A program made the position numbers and the translations under genes. 64,000 nt of DNA from Fidelibacterota bacterium (lineage in GTDB: Bacteria; Fidelibacterota; Marinisomatia; Marinisomatales; Marinisomataceae). Below are positions 14,783-25,817 of this stretch, one piece after another. Every line of letters starts with the position of its first letter. The stretch's first letter is position 1. Location of the stretch: positions 288,001-352,000 of the forward strand of contig OZ243041.1 of assembly GCA_965212055.1 (NCBI GenBank), read 5' to 3'. The notes beneath the pieces were generated by a model. The model was given only the letters and a program-made list of their open reading frames with translations. It was not told where the DNA came from and searched no databases.

Positions 14783-16609
14783 ATGAAGAGATTATTAATA
14801 ATTTTATTTTTCTCAATTCTATTGAGTCAAGAAGGGAATTCTGCCTATCTAAGATTAGAATTAGAGAATGCTATAAAAGATATTAATGCAAGACAATTTG
14901 ATAGTGCCATTGCACGAATTGAGAATACTAATTTTTCAGATTCGGAATATCTAAATCATTCTTTAATTCTCAAGATGAAAGCACTGCATGGTATCAATGA
15001 TATAGATCAATCTTTATCTGTTGCGAAACAAATTAACAAAAATGACTTAAATACAAATCTTCAGACAATATATAGCTTAGAACTTGGAGATATTTTTTCT
15101 GAAATGGGATTATTTGATAAGTCGTTTGAACATTATCTTTCTGCAAGAAAATCCAATATTGATACAAAGGCTAACAAAAGAATAAACCAACGATTAAATA
15201 AATTATTAAAAATGGATCTTAGCGAAGAGAATTTATCATCTCTACAATTATTAGAAAATGATTTAACTAACTTAAATATACTAAAACTTGCACATTCTTT
15301 TTTATTAGCTAGGAATCAATCAGAAAATTGGAAAAATGTATTTTCTTCAGTGGACTATTCTATGCTATCTAGAGAGTTTAGATCTTCTTATAATTATCTA
15401 AAGAAAAATGTGCCATACGATAATTATTCTATAGCAAAAATTGGAGTAGTTTTGCCTCTTAGTGGAGATAATTCAGAATATGCACAAGCTTTTCTTTCAG
15501 GACTTCAAAGAGGTGGTGAATTATTAAAGAGCAAGAATAAAATTTCCTATGTTATTTATGACAATCAAGGCAATCAATTAAATACGATCAAAGCATTTAA
15601 TGAGCTTTATTCTTTTCATAAAGTAGATGGAATTATAGGCCCTACTAATAGTAAAAATTTAATATCAGGCGCAACAGCTTTATCAAAGTCTGAAATACCA
15701 ATATTTGCACCTGGATCAATTGATGAAGATATCCATTCTATCAATAGCAATGTTCATTTATTGAATTCTTCTCTTGATTATAAGAATGAAATCTTAGCTA
15801 ATCACATGATTAACAATCTTCAGTTAGAAAAAATTGCAATTATTGCTCCTAAAACAGATGATGGAATCAAAGAAGTTGATTCATTTTTAGAGCAAATGAA
15901 TAGACTAAATAAAGAACCAGTATCAATTCAATGGTATGAAAATACTGAACCAGTAGATTTAAGAGGTCTCTTTACAGCATTGAGAGAGGTAGCATGGGAA
16001 ATTCAACAGGCAGATGAATACAAAGAATTTTTGGGAGTAAACATTGATACTCTTGATGCAATGTTTGATCTTGATTCAGATGATGTCTATGATATGTTTG
16101 ATTTTAATAATCAGGAAGAAGAGATTGATTCAACGAAGGTTATTCTAGATGTAATTGATGGTATATTTTTGCCGTTATCTGGTGAAGGATTGACATATGT
16201 AGGCACCCAAATTGCTCTTGCAAATTTGGAAACACAGTTTTTTGGTAACGAGCTATGGTTAGACTTAGATTTTATTAATCAAGAGAATATATCCTCACAT
16301 ATCATTGGAATGTATTTTGTTAGTAGTTTCTTACCTAATTATAGAGTTGGTAATCAATTTGATTATAATCCAGAATTGAATAATGCTTTCCATTATGGTC
16401 TTGATTTATCTCGCTTTATTAATTCTACAATAGAAAATGATAAAAGTTTTAATATGTCCAATCAAAATTCAAATAGATATTCTTCCACTAGAAAGTTTGA
16501 TTTTAGTTCCGGTAAAATAAATACAGACATTAACTTATTTAAATATTCAAATAGACGATTAATTAAAACTGAAATTATCAATAATCCAACCAATTCATAT
16601 GTTGATTGA
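14783..16609 (+). CDS. Exported protein with TPR-like N-terminus and periplasmic-binding-protein-I fold (LppC/LpoA-like)
   Basis: Signal peptide from ATG 14783; KIGVVLPLSG and GIIGP motifs. Confidence 0.65.
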   Translation: MKRLLIILFFSILLSQEGNSAYLRLELENAIKDINARQFDSAIARIENTNFSDSEYLNHSLILKMKALHGINDIDQSLSVAKQINKNDLNTNLQTIYSLELGDIFSEMGLFDKSFEHYLSARKSNIDTKANKRINQRLNKLLKMDLSEENLSSLQLLENDLTNLNILKLAHSFLLARNQSENWKNVFSSVDYSMLSREFRSSYNYLKKNVPYDNYSIAKIGVVLPLSGDNSEYAQAFLSGLQRGGELLKSKNKISYVIYDNQGNQLNTIKAFNELYSFHKVDGIIGPTNSKNLISGATALSKSEIPIFAPGSIDEDIHSINSNVHLLNSSLDYKNEILANHMINNLQLEKIAIIAPKTDDGIKEVDSFLEQMNRLNKEPVSIQWYENTEPVDLRGLFTALREVAWEIQQADEYKEFLGVNIDTLDAMFDLDSDDVYDMFDFNNQEEEIDSTKVILDVIDGIFLPLSGEGLTYVGTQIALANLETQFFGNELWLDLDFINQENISSHIIGMYFVSSFLPNYRVGNQFDYNPELNNAFHYGLDLSRFINSTIENDKSFNMSNQNSNRYSSTRKFDFSSGKINTDINLFKYSNRRLIKTEIINNPTNSYVD

Positions 16610-17225
16610 TTATTCTGAAAAAATAAATATAAAGAATTTAAATATTTTATTTTCACTCTCCGATTTTGCTCAATCTTTAGAGGATATTTCTGTTATGAAA
16701 ATGAACCAAACTCATTCTAACCAATCAATTTTTTTAAACCAGTTTTCTAAACAAGATAAATATTCAGATGGCATATTTAGTTCAAATAATCAATTAATTT
16801 TAGAAGTAAGTGTTGCAGACTGTATGCCGATCTTTTTTGCAGATAAAAATAAAGATTTTTTTGGAGTTGTACATGCAGGCTGGAAAGGTTTAGCCGAAGG
16901 TATTATTGAAAACAGTATTGAATTGTTAATAAATGAAGGTTGTAAACTTGATAATGTAAAAGTTTTAATTGGTCCATCAATAAGGCAGGATAATTTTGAA
17001 GTAAAGAATGATGTTGCAGATCTTTTTGATAATCAATTTTCAACGTTACAAGATGGGAAGATTTTTTTAAGTTTACAGAAGATTGCAATTAGTAAATTAA
17101 ATGCTTATAACATTTATGATATAATAGACGTAAAAGAGTGTACTTATAATACTCCTGCTTACTATTCATATAGGCGAAATAAAACAGAGAAAAGAATGAA
17201 AGGAAGAATTTATTGGGATGAATGA
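16599..17225 (+). CDS. pgeF: YfiH/PgeF family protein
   Basis: QTHS, ADCMPI, HAGWKG, IGPSI, YSYRR. Confidence 0.9.
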   Translation: MLIDYSEKINIKNLNILFSLSDFAQSLEDISVMKMNQTHSNQSIFLNQFSKQDKYSDGIFSSNNQLILEVSVADCMPIFFADKNKDFFGVVHAGWKGLAEGIIENSIELLINEGCKLDNVKVLIGPSIRQDNFEVKNDVADLFDNQFSTLQDGKIFLSLQKIAISKLNAYNIYDIIDVKECTYNTPAYYSYRRNKTEKRMKGRIYWDE

Positions 17226-18012
17226 ATTAGTGATTTATCTAATTTTAGGATTTATTCAAGGTGTTACAGAATTTTTTCCTATCAGTAGCTCTGGCCATTT
17301 AGTTTTATCTGAGCATTTCTTAAAAGTTAAGAATCCTGGAGCTTCCGCAGAAATTGTTGCACATTTTGGTACATTGTTTAGCATTATTCTTTTTTATAAA
17401 GCGACATTTTTCTCAAATAAAAATTCTGATGATTTTTTTCATATAAATACTTTAAAAATGCTTGCTATATCTACCATTCCTGCTGTTTTGGTCGGTTTAT
17501 TTAGTGGCCTTTCAGAGAATTTTGATTTAGAAGCATTTTTTAATTATGATTTTGTTAAAGTTGCTTTACTATGTAATGGAGGATTTTTAATCGCACTAAG
17601 CGGCTTAAGAGATTCAATGGAAGAATCTACAATATTTGAAAATCCTTCACCATGGAAATGGAATTATAAAACTTCATTTTTCTTAGGTCTCTTCCAAGCT
17701 CTTGCTATGCTTCCTGGTATATCAAGATCAGGGATGGTCATTAGCTATGGTTTATTTGTTGGTTTAGAAAAAAAGAAAATAATCCAATATGCTTTTTTTA
17801 TGGCGATTCCTGTTATTGTACTATCAATTGTTTATAAACTAATATTTTCTGACGGTCCTGATGAGAGTATTTCTCCCCAATCAGGATTAATGTTATTTCT
17901 ATCTTCATTTGTATTTGGATATCTCAGTCTAACATTCTTAATTAAATTTCTTGAAAGATTCAGTTTTGCTTGGTTTGGATTATACTGTATAATTATTGGT
18001 GTGTTTTTATGA
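17218..18012 (+). CDS. uppP: Undecaprenyl-diphosphate phosphatase
   Basis: QGVTEFFPISSSGH, PGISRSG. Confidence 0.95.
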   Translation: MNELVIYLILGFIQGVTEFFPISSSGHLVLSEHFLKVKNPGASAEIVAHFGTLFSIILFYKATFFSNKNSDDFFHINTLKMLAISTIPAVLVGLFSGLSENFDLEAFFNYDFVKVALLCNGGFLIALSGLRDSMEESTIFENPSPWKWNYKTSFFLGLFQALAMLPGISRSGMVISYGLFVGLEKKKIIQYAFFMAIPVIVLSIVYKLIFSDGPDESISPQSGLMLFLSSFVFGYLSLTFLIKFLERFSFAWFGLYCIIIGVFL

Positions 18013-19463
18013 TTGAAATCATTTTTATACTTTATTTGTCGTTGATAATACTAGTTGGTATCATATCTAATAGATTTGTTAGTTCTCAGCTTGATTTCTT
18101 ATTAGCAGGTCGCAGACTTGGTCCTTGGGTTACGGCATTCTCTGAGAGGGCATCTGGTGAATCAGCATGGTTATTATTAGGCTTGCCAGGCGCTGCGATT
18201 GCAATTGGATATGGTGAGATATGGGCCGTTATTGGAATTATTAGCGGTATTATTCTTTCCTGGTTTCTCATAGCAGCAAGATTAAGAGCTGAGACAGAAA
18301 AATATCAAGCACTTACTATTCCTGATTACTTGCAAAAAAGATTTAATGATACATCAGGAATCATTAAAAATTATTCTGCAATGATTATTGCTGTTTTCTT
18401 TACATTTTATGTTTCAGCTCAATTTCATGGTTCTGGTAAGATTTTAAATACTATTTTTGAGATTGAACCTCTATATGGTATTTCGTTGAGTGCTGTAGTA
18501 ATCATAATATACACAATTATGGGAGGTTTGTTAGCAGTTGCTTGGACAGATCTTGTACAAGGAATACTGATGATTGGTACCTTGGTTATTCTTCCTATTG
18601 TTGGTTTAATTGAATTATCATCTTTTGATTTACCTATTAAAGATTTAATTATGAGTACAGATTCTGAAAAAAGTTCATTGGTATCTGGATTAAGTGGATT
18701 AGCTGCATTTTCAGTAATTGTAGGAGGTTTGAGTTGGGGGCTTGGTTATTTAGGTCAACCACATCTTCTCATTAGATATATGGCCATTCGATCAGTAGCT
18801 GAAGTTAAGAAAGCAAGAATAATAGCGACATTATGGGCTATTCCAGGGATATCAGGCGCTTTCTTAATTGGTGTAATAGGCATGGGATACTTTGGAGAAG
18901 ATTATTTTAAAAAATTCATTGCAATTAATGAATTGCCCTTTGTACTAATAAAGGATATAGATGTAGAACATGTTATGCCTATACTTGCTCAACACTTGTT
19001 GCCTGCATGGTTGGCCGGACTTCTTATATCTGGTGCAGTCGCTGCTATGATGTCTACTGCAGATTCACAATTATTGGTATCAACATCTGCTATTAGCGAA
19101 GATTTAGGGGTAAATGTATTAAAAAAACGTAACAAACTATTCAATAGTCGTGTTATAACAGTTTTTTTAGGAATATTTGCCTATTTGGTGGCGATGTATT
19201 CTGAGTGGAGTGGAAAAACCATCTTTAGTATTGTTAGTTTTGCATGGAGCGGTCTTGGATCATCCTTTGGTCCAGCATTGCTACTTGCATTGTGGTGGAA
19301 AGGAGTAACAAGAAAAGGAATTATTGCAGGTTTATTTACTGGATCTATTACTACTATTATTTGGGGAAGTAATCTATATCTGAAATCTATTGTAACAGAG
19401 AGATTTATTAGTTTTGCTCTTGCATTCGTTGCAATAATAATTATAAGTAAATACAAAAAATGA
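18009..19463 (+). CDS. putP: Sodium:solute symporter, PutP-like
   Basis: GRRLGPWVTAFS..AS..SAWLLLGLPG, LGYLGQPH, AAMMSTADSQLL; ATG 18009 overlaps the uppP stop. Confidence 0.85.
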   Translation: MIEIIFILYLSLIILVGIISNRFVSSQLDFLLAGRRLGPWVTAFSERASGESAWLLLGLPGAAIAIGYGEIWAVIGIISGIILSWFLIAARLRAETEKYQALTIPDYLQKRFNDTSGIIKNYSAMIIAVFFTFYVSAQFHGSGKILNTIFEIEPLYGISLSAVVIIIYTIMGGLLAVAWTDLVQGILMIGTLVILPIVGLIELSSFDLPIKDLIMSTDSEKSSLVSGLSGLAAFSVIVGGLSWGLGYLGQPHLLIRYMAIRSVAEVKKARIIATLWAIPGISGAFLIGVIGMGYFGEDYFKKFIAINELPFVLIKDIDVEHVMPILAQHLLPAWLAGLLISGAVAAMMSTADSQLLVSTSAISEDLGVNVLKKRNKLFNSRVITVFLGIFAYLVAMYSEWSGKTIFSIVSFAWSGLGSSFGPALLLALWWKGVTRKGIIAGLFTGSITTIIWGSNLYLKSIVTERFISFALAFVAIIIISKYKK

Positions 19464-20463
19464 TTAAAGCATTACAGTCTATTCAGCATATTAAGAATAA
19501 TCCAGATTCTAATTATTTACTAGTCGGTGACCATGATTTTCTCTATTTATATATAAGAAATTTGGTTAAAAACACACATTTTGAATCTCTAGAGTCTGTT
19601 TCTTTCGATTGTTCAGAAAAATCTGGAGTAGAAGATAAGATTTTAAATAGTCTCACATCTATAGATTTGTTTGAATCTAAAAAATTCCTGACTATAAAAA
19701 ATATTAACAAAGTTAGTAAAAAAATAGAGATACATTTATAAATACAATATCTAAGAATGATGGTTCAAACATAATAATTTGTACCGATTCTTCTTTTCTA
19801 GGGTTTGATTACAAGTCAAATAAAAATTTTATTAAAAACCAATTTGTTAATGATCTTGTACCATTTTTTACTGTTGTTGATGTTAGTATTCCGTTTGAAA
19901 GTGAAATGATACGATGGGTAAAGATTTTCTCTAATGACTTTGATTTTAAAATCAATAGCAAAATTGCCAATGATTTGGTTGAAATATTTGGAAATAATTT
20001 TTCAGCTATCTATAATGAAATCTCTAAACTTAGTATTATTGCTGATAGCATAGATGGTATTAATCAAGATTGGTTAGACAGTTTTTATGACTGGAAAAAG
20101 AATAAACAACTTTGGGAATTGAATTATGCTATTTGTGATAAAGATATTGATAAAATCTTATCATCAGGTCTATCTATACTCAATCAGTTCGGTGTTTTAT
20201 ATATTACCAATTCCTTTTTTACAATTTTTGAGGCACTTTTTCTTGCTAAGTTAAATAAAGGAACAATTACTGATATGAGTCGTAAGAATTTAAGAGGAAA
20301 GATTGTAAATAAAATTTCCTCGTCTTCAGAGAAATATACTATTGAAGAAATTGAAAGAGGTATTAATTTATTAGCCGGTTTAGATAAAAAAGTTAAAACA
20401 AGGAATATTATTGATGAGTCAGAGTTTACAAACCTTATTACACAAATCTACCGATATGAATGA
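19460..20463 (+). CDS. holA: DNA polymerase III delta subunit-like, frameshifted at A7 (19718-19724)
   Basis: Adding one A joins ORFs 19460-19741 and 19906-20463 into a 334-aa ORF with YLLVG, DLFESKK, NEISKL and LDKKVKT resembling HolA. Confidence 0.75.
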
Positions 20464-21025
20464 CGAATTTAAATTAACGGACGAACGATTAATTAAACAA
20501 TTCCAGGAGGGAGATCGTCATGCATTCGATGAGTTGGTAAAACGATATAAAGATCGATTACACAATTTTGTATGTAGATATCTGAACAATCAAACTCTTG
20601 CAGAAGATGTTGTTCAAGAAACGATGATTAAACTTTATACTCATAAACATTATTATAAGCCTATTGCAAAATTTTCTACTTGGATATATACCATTGCTAA
20701 GAATCTTGCGTTAACAGAATTAAGAAAAAATAAACGAAAAAGAACTGAATCAATGTGGAATGATCGTGGAGAGCTAATTGAGGTCAAAAGCAATGAAGAA
20801 TCTTTAGAAAACAAGGTTCAAAATGAATTAGCTGTTGAAGAACTCAACAAATGTTTAGATGAAATTCCTGAGAATTTTCGTATTGCAGTTGTTTTAAGAG
20901 ATTTCCAGGAACTTTCTTATCAAGAAATAAGTAAGATATTAGAAATACCAATTGGTACTATAAAATCTAGAATTAATAGAGGAAGAATCCAATTGGCTGA
21001 AAAATTGAAACACTTTAAGGAGTAA
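20456..21025 (+). CDS. ECF sigma-70 factor (RpoE/SigW-like)
   Basis: AEDVVQE, FSTWIYTIAKN, LSYQEISKILEIPIGTIKSRINRGR; probable start ATG 20456. Confidence 0.93.
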   Translation: MNDEFKLTDERLIKQFQEGDRHAFDELVKRYKDRLHNFVCRYLNNQTLAEDVVQETMIKLYTHKHYYKPIAKFSTWIYTIAKNLALTELRKNKRKRTESMWNDRGELIEVKSNEESLENKVQNELAVEELNKCLDEIPENFRIAVVLRDFQELSYQEISKILEIPIGTIKSRINRGRIQLAEKLKHFKE

Positions 21026-21029
21026 AGTA

Positions 21030-21521
21030 ATGAATTATAGTAAATTTGAAGATAGAATCTCGAGTTGGATTGAAAATGATCTCAGTCTAAAAGAGCGCAA
21101 AGAATTTGAAGCTTTTTTAGCTGAAAATCCACAATATCAATCTAAAGTAGATGAAGTACGTCATGTCATCTCCACAATGAGAGAATCTGAATCCTTGAAA
21201 GTTTCTAAAGAATTTGATGAAAATCTGAATCAAAAATTACAAAACCTTAATATTGGACAAGAACATTCAACATCTAAGGAAATTTTTGGCTTTTCACGTC
21301 AAAATTTTGCATATCTCGCTCTATCTTTAGGTGCAATTGTTTTTCTTTTGTTTCAACTGCCAGGAAATGCATTTAGTGAAGACATAATAACTAATTCTAA
21401 CTCAATGTCTGAAGAAAATTCGAAATCAATACCAGTTGCGAATGATTCTTTAGATACAGAAGATAAACCGGATAATAGTTATGATGTGAATGGGACTTTT
21501 GTTGGCAACGATGAACAATAG
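21030..21521 (+). CDS. Putative membrane-bound anti-sigma factor
   Basis: Directly follows the ECF gene with SD AAGGAG; anti-sigma-domain-like N-terminus, one TM, acidic tail. Confidence 0.75.
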   Translation: MNYSKFEDRISSWIENDLSLKERKEFEAFLAENPQYQSKVDEVRHVISTMRESESLKVSKEFDENLNQKLQNLNIGQEHSTSKEIFGFSRQNFAYLALSLGAIVFLLFQLPGNAFSEDIITNSNSMSEENSKSIPVANDSLDTEDKPDNSYDVNGTFVGNDEQ

Positions 21522-21593
21522 TTTAGTTCAAGATTTTTTATAGTTATCTAACCTTGTCTGAGTAAATTCAAAACGTATGTAATTTGTTGCAAT

Positions 21594-23213
21594 ATGTTTA
21601 GGAATTATACAATCATCACACTCTTATTTTTTTCTTTGAGCTGTAGTACTCAGAGCGTACAGGTCAATCTTTCGCCACCATCGACTGAACAAGAACCAGT
21701 AGAGGAGAAGAAAGAACAAAATAATGTTGAAAACTCTGAAGCAATTCAATTGTTTATGGATGGATTGATGTTTATGGAGCAAGGAGACTATTCTAGGGCA
21801 ATTATTGAATTCCAAGATGCAATTGAACTTGGTTCATCTTCTGGAGAAATCTATTATTCTATTTCTGAATGTTATTGGATGATTCAAAAGTATGATAAAA
21901 GTATTAGTTATGGATTATTAGCTATTGATCATGATAAAGAGAGTAAAGACTATAGCATATCTTTAGGAAAAAAGTATATTGGATTAAACGAACTAACCTT
22001 GGCATTAGATCTTTTCGAAAGAGTAGCAGAGAAACATGAAGACAATGCAGATATTCTATTTATTATTGGTGATTTAAAATCACAGTTGAATGATATTGAT
22101 GGAGCATTAATCTATTATCAACAAGCATACAACAAAGATAATTCGTTAATTCTTGCGTTGGAAGTAGCTGCAGAATTAGCACTACGATCAAATCATCGAG
22201 ATAGCGAGTTAATATTAAAAAAACTGTTGCTTGCAGATCCTAGTAATCCACAATATTTGCAATTATTTGTTGAATCTCTATCGGATTCAAACAACTTGAA
22301 TGATATTGAAGAGCTCCTGGAAAATGAAACAATTCAAAGCAATCCATTTGTAAATAATCTCTATAATCAATTAGGCTATGAATATTTAGTGAATGGTATT
22401 ATTGATAAATCAATAGAATATTTTGAAAAATCTCTTTCAATCAACGAGAATGATCGGTTCGCACTATATTATCTTTCAAATGTCTATAGAGATTTGAAAG
22501 AGTATGATAAATCAATTATCATAGCTGAAAAACAAATCAATCTTTACCCTCAAGAGAAAGACGGTTATATCAATAAAATAATTTCACTACTTACTATTGA
22601 AGATTTTGAAAAAGCTACGGAAGTATTGTTGGAGTCCTTAAAGATTTTCCCCAATGATTTTGATATGAATTATTTCTTGGGTATAGCTCAATATTCGCTA
22701 GAGAATTTTATAGAATCAGAAACATACTATGAGAAAGCTCTTAAAATAAATGATCAGTCTACAACCGCTATGCATGGTTTGGCCATGGCATATGACAAAA
22801 ATGAAAAATGGGATAAATCAGATCAGCTTTATATTGATTTGATTGCAGGTAATACAGATGATGCACAAGCATATAATAATTATGCGTATAGCTTAGTTGA
22901 ACGCAATCAAGATATTGACTATGCATTGACTTTAGCAGAGAAAGCAATTGAATTAAGTCCTAATACATCAGCATATCTTGATACAGTTGGCTGGATATAT
23001 TTTAAGTTAGGCAATTTTGACAAGGCAAAAGAATTCATAGCAAAATCAATTGTATACGATGATTCTAGTGCTGTTGTATTAGAACATTATGGTGATGTTT
23101 TAATAGCATTAAACAATAAAGATGAAGCATTGGTTTTTTATAAGAAAGCATTTGAGCTAGATCAAAATAACAATTCATTATCAGAGAAGATTTCTTTATA
23201 TGAGAGTGAATAG
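21594..23213 (+). CDS. TPR-repeat lipoprotein
   Basis: Lipobox-like FSLSC, many TPRs, YNNYAY and YLDTVGWIYFK motifs. Confidence 0.88.
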   Translation: MFRNYTIITLLFFSLSCSTQSVQVNLSPPSTEQEPVEEKKEQNNVENSEAIQLFMDGLMFMEQGDYSRAIIEFQDAIELGSSSGEIYYSISECYWMIQKYDKSISYGLLAIDHDKESKDYSISLGKKYIGLNELTLALDLFERVAEKHEDNADILFIIGDLKSQLNDIDGALIYYQQAYNKDNSLILALEVAAELALRSNHRDSELILKKLLLADPSNPQYLQLFVESLSDSNNLNDIEELLENETIQSNPFVNNLYNQLGYEYLVNGIIDKSIEYFEKSLSINENDRFALYYLSNVYRDLKEYDKSIIIAEKQINLYPQEKDGYINKIISLLTIEDFEKATEVLLESLKIFPNDFDMNYFLGIAQYSLENFIESETYYEKALKINDQSTTAMHGLAMAYDKNEKWDKSDQLYIDLIAGNTDDAQAYNNYAYSLVERNQDIDYALTLAEKAIELSPNTSAYLDTVGWIYFKLGNFDKAKEFIAKSIVYDDSSAVVLEHYGDVLIALNNKDEALVFYKKAFELDQNNNSLSEKISLYESE

Positions 23214-23214
23214 T

Positions 23215-23787
23215 ATGCTTAATAAAGTTATAGCATTATCTTTAATTTTTCTTGTTAGTTGTAGTACTGGTAATACATTTGTTACAGTTGATTATTCCAA
23301 TAATGCAAACCTTGAAATTATGGAACAAGAATTCTTCAAAAGTTCAGGTTCAGGGAAGTTAATAGCAAAAGGACAATCAAACTTTGTTTCTCGTTTTGAT
23401 TTTATATCTACAAAAAACTCTTCATCAATTCTTTTCAAAGATTTTCTTGGTCGGAAACAGTTTCTTGTTGAAATAATCAATCAAGATATACGATATATTG
23501 ATATGAAAAAAAGACAGGACATTGATATAGAAAATTTTAGTAATTTTTTTCCTATCGCAACAAAAATTGATGCTAATACTTATAAAAAACTAATGTGGGG
23601 TATACCAGATACTTTTAAAGATATGGATGTTGCCGTAAAAAAGAAATTTATGATCTCAACTAGACTTAATACACTTGATGGTAGGAATTTAATTAATGAA
23701 TTGATATTTTCTTTTAATAATAATAAGCAAGAGTATAAACTGATTTTTTTGGATAGACAATTTTTTGAAGAAAATACTAAATTATAA
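23215..23787 (+). CDS. Hypothetical lipoprotein, possibly LolB/DUF4292-like
   Basis: Lipobox-like FLVSC, beta-rich, follows a TPR gene; start could be 23200. Confidence 0.55.
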   Translation: MLNKVIALSLIFLVSCSTGNTFVTVDYSNNANLEIMEQEFFKSSGSGKLIAKGQSNFVSRFDFISTKNSSSILFKDFLGRKQFLVEIINQDIRYIDMKKRQDIDIENFSNFFPIATKIDANTYKKLMWGIPDTFKDMDVAVKKKFMISTRLNTLDGRNLINELIFSFNNNKQEYKLIFLDRQFFEENTKL

Positions 23788-24711
23788 ATGAAACTTTCTG
23801 TAATAATCCCTGTTTATAACGAATGTGAATCAATTGCTGATTTTGTTCAAGAGCTATTAGATATATATAAGAATGATTCTAGTGTAGAAGTTATTTTTGT
23901 GAATGATGGTTCAACAGATAATACCTTATCAATTCTTGAAAGAGATATAAATAATATTTCAGGATGGAAGATTATTAATTTATATAGAAATTATGGTAAA
24001 TCAATTGCTCTTCAAGCTGGTTTTGATATAGCGCAAGGTTCGATTGTTGCAACAATCGATGGAGATCTGCAGGATAATCCAAGAGAAATAAAAAATCTTA
24101 TTAATCATTTAAACAAAGGTCATGATCTTGTCTGTGGATGGAAAAAGAGTAGAAAAGATTCTCTAGAAAAAAGATTAGCATCTTCTGTCTTTAATTTTTT
24201 TGTAAGACTATTTAGCGGATTAAAAATTCATGACTCAAATTGTGGAATAAAGGTTTTCCGAAAAGAAGTTGTTGGATCACTAAATCTTTATGGAGGTCGT
24301 CATAGATATATACCTCTTCTGGCTCACCAGAAGAATTTTTCCACTTCTGAATTAGTAGTGGATCATAGAGAAAGAAAATTTGGTGTATCAAAATATGGTA
24401 AAAAACGTTACTCAGAGGGATTCTTTGATTTTTTAACAATTCTTTTTTTAGGGAAATATATGGATCGTCCACTTCATTTCTTTGGTGCTATGGGGTTGTT
24501 TTTTGCTGTTGCTGGCATTGTTGTCGAATGTTATGTTTTGTATCTGAAATATTTTCTTTTTGAACCTTTTCAAAAACATATTGCTCTACTCATTTTTGGA
24601 GCAATATTAATTATTGCAGGATTACAACTTTTTACTTTTGGACTGTTAGGAGAATTGATTGTTAACAAAAAACAAAAAGTACAAAAATATATTAAAGAAA
24701 TAATCGAGTAG
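23788..24711 (+). CDS. GT2 polyprenyl-phosphate glycosyltransferase (ArnC/GtrB/DPM1-like)
   Basis: SVIIPVYNE, NDGSTD, DGDLQD, two C-terminal TMs. Confidence 0.9.
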   Translation: MKLSVIIPVYNECESIADFVQELLDIYKNDSSVEVIFVNDGSTDNTLSILERDINNISGWKIINLYRNYGKSIALQAGFDIAQGSIVATIDGDLQDNPREIKNLINHLNKGHDLVCGWKKSRKDSLEKRLASSVFNFFVRLFSGLKIHDSNCGIKVFRKEVVGSLNLYGGRHRYIPLLAHQKNFSTSELVVDHRERKFGVSKYGKKRYSEGFFDFLTILFLGKYMDRPLHFFGAMGLFFAVAGIVVECYVLYLKYFLFEPFQKHIALLIFGAILIIAGLQLFTFGLLGELIVNKKQKVQKYIKEIIE

Positions 24712-24716
24712 ATTAG

Positions 24717-25817
24717 TTGAAGATTGTTACCATTGGTCCATTTCCACCATTAAGAGGTGGTATTTCTGATTTTCATTATGCTCTTTTTAAACAGTTATCA
24801 AAAAATAATGATGTTAGCGTAATAAATTTCAAAAAACTCTATCCAAATATTCTTTTTCCTGGAAAAACCCAATACCAAGATAAAAAAGTTAATAATGATA
24901 ATGTTTATAGTGTAATTAATCCAATTAATATATTTACATGGTTTCGTGGTAAAAAAATAATAAAAAAAATCAATCCTGATAAAGTTATCATCTCTTATTG
25001 GCATTTTTTCTTCATTCCGGTTTATTTGTATCTACTTAAGCGCATAAAGAAAGGAAATCGATATATTTTATTTCACAATGTTATTTCTCATCAGAATAAA
25101 CCTTATGAGAGATATTTATTAAAATTATTGTTAAAACGTGTTGATTATTGCATAGTGATGAATAGTTTTTCAAGAAATCAAATTATTAATCTCAATAAAG
25201 ACAAAGAAATTATTGATGCCTTTCATCCATTGTATCGTGTAGATAGTAGATCTTATACAAAAGATACTGCTAAAGAAGCACTAAAAATTTCTAATAAGAA
25301 TGTTATTTTATTTTTTGGATTGATTAGAGACTATAAAGGACTCGATTTACTTATTAATTCAGTGAAATACTTAAACAATCGTATTTCTGATTTAAAAGTT
25401 CTTGTAGTAGGAGAAAATTATGAATCGATGTCAAAATATTATGATTTAATAGATAAAGCCAATTTGAAAGATAAATTTTTATTTGATCTACAATTTGTAG
25501 GAGAACATGATACTATAAAATATTTTATATCTTCTGATATCGTTGTTCTTCCTTATAAAACAGCCTCACAAAGCGGTATCATATCTCTTGCTTATAATTT
25601 TAATCGTCCTGTTGTTGTTACAGATGTTGGCGGTTTGAAAGAATATGTAGTTGAAAATAAGACTGGTTTTATTGTCAATCCCGATGAAAAGGATTTATCA
25701 GACAAGATTAACTATTTTTTTGAGAATAAATTATTCGAAGAAATGAGTTTGTTTATCAAGAATTATAAAGAAAAATTTTCATGGAAGAATTTTGAAGAAA
25801 AAATAAATGGAAGATAA
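24717..25817 (+). CDS. GT4 family glycosyltransferase
   Basis: FFGLIRDYKG, LPYKTASQSG, TDVGGL; TTG start. Confidence 0.9.
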   Translation: MKIVTIGPFPPLRGGISDFHYALFKQLSKNNDVSVINFKKLYPNILFPGKTQYQDKKVNNDNVYSVINPINIFTWFRGKKIIKKINPDKVIISYWHFFFIPVYLYLLKRIKKGNRYILFHNVISHQNKPYERYLLKLLLKRVDYCIVMNSFSRNQIINLNKDKEIIDAFHPLYRVDSRSYTKDTAKEALKISNKNVILFFGLIRDYKGLDLLINSVKYLNNRISDLKVLVVGENYESMSKYYDLIDKANLKDKFLFDLQFVGEHDTIKYFISSDIVVLPYKTASQSGIISLAYNFNRPVVVTDVGGLKEYVVENKTGFIVNPDEKDLSDKINYFFENKLFEEMSLFIKNYKEKFSWKNFEEKINGR

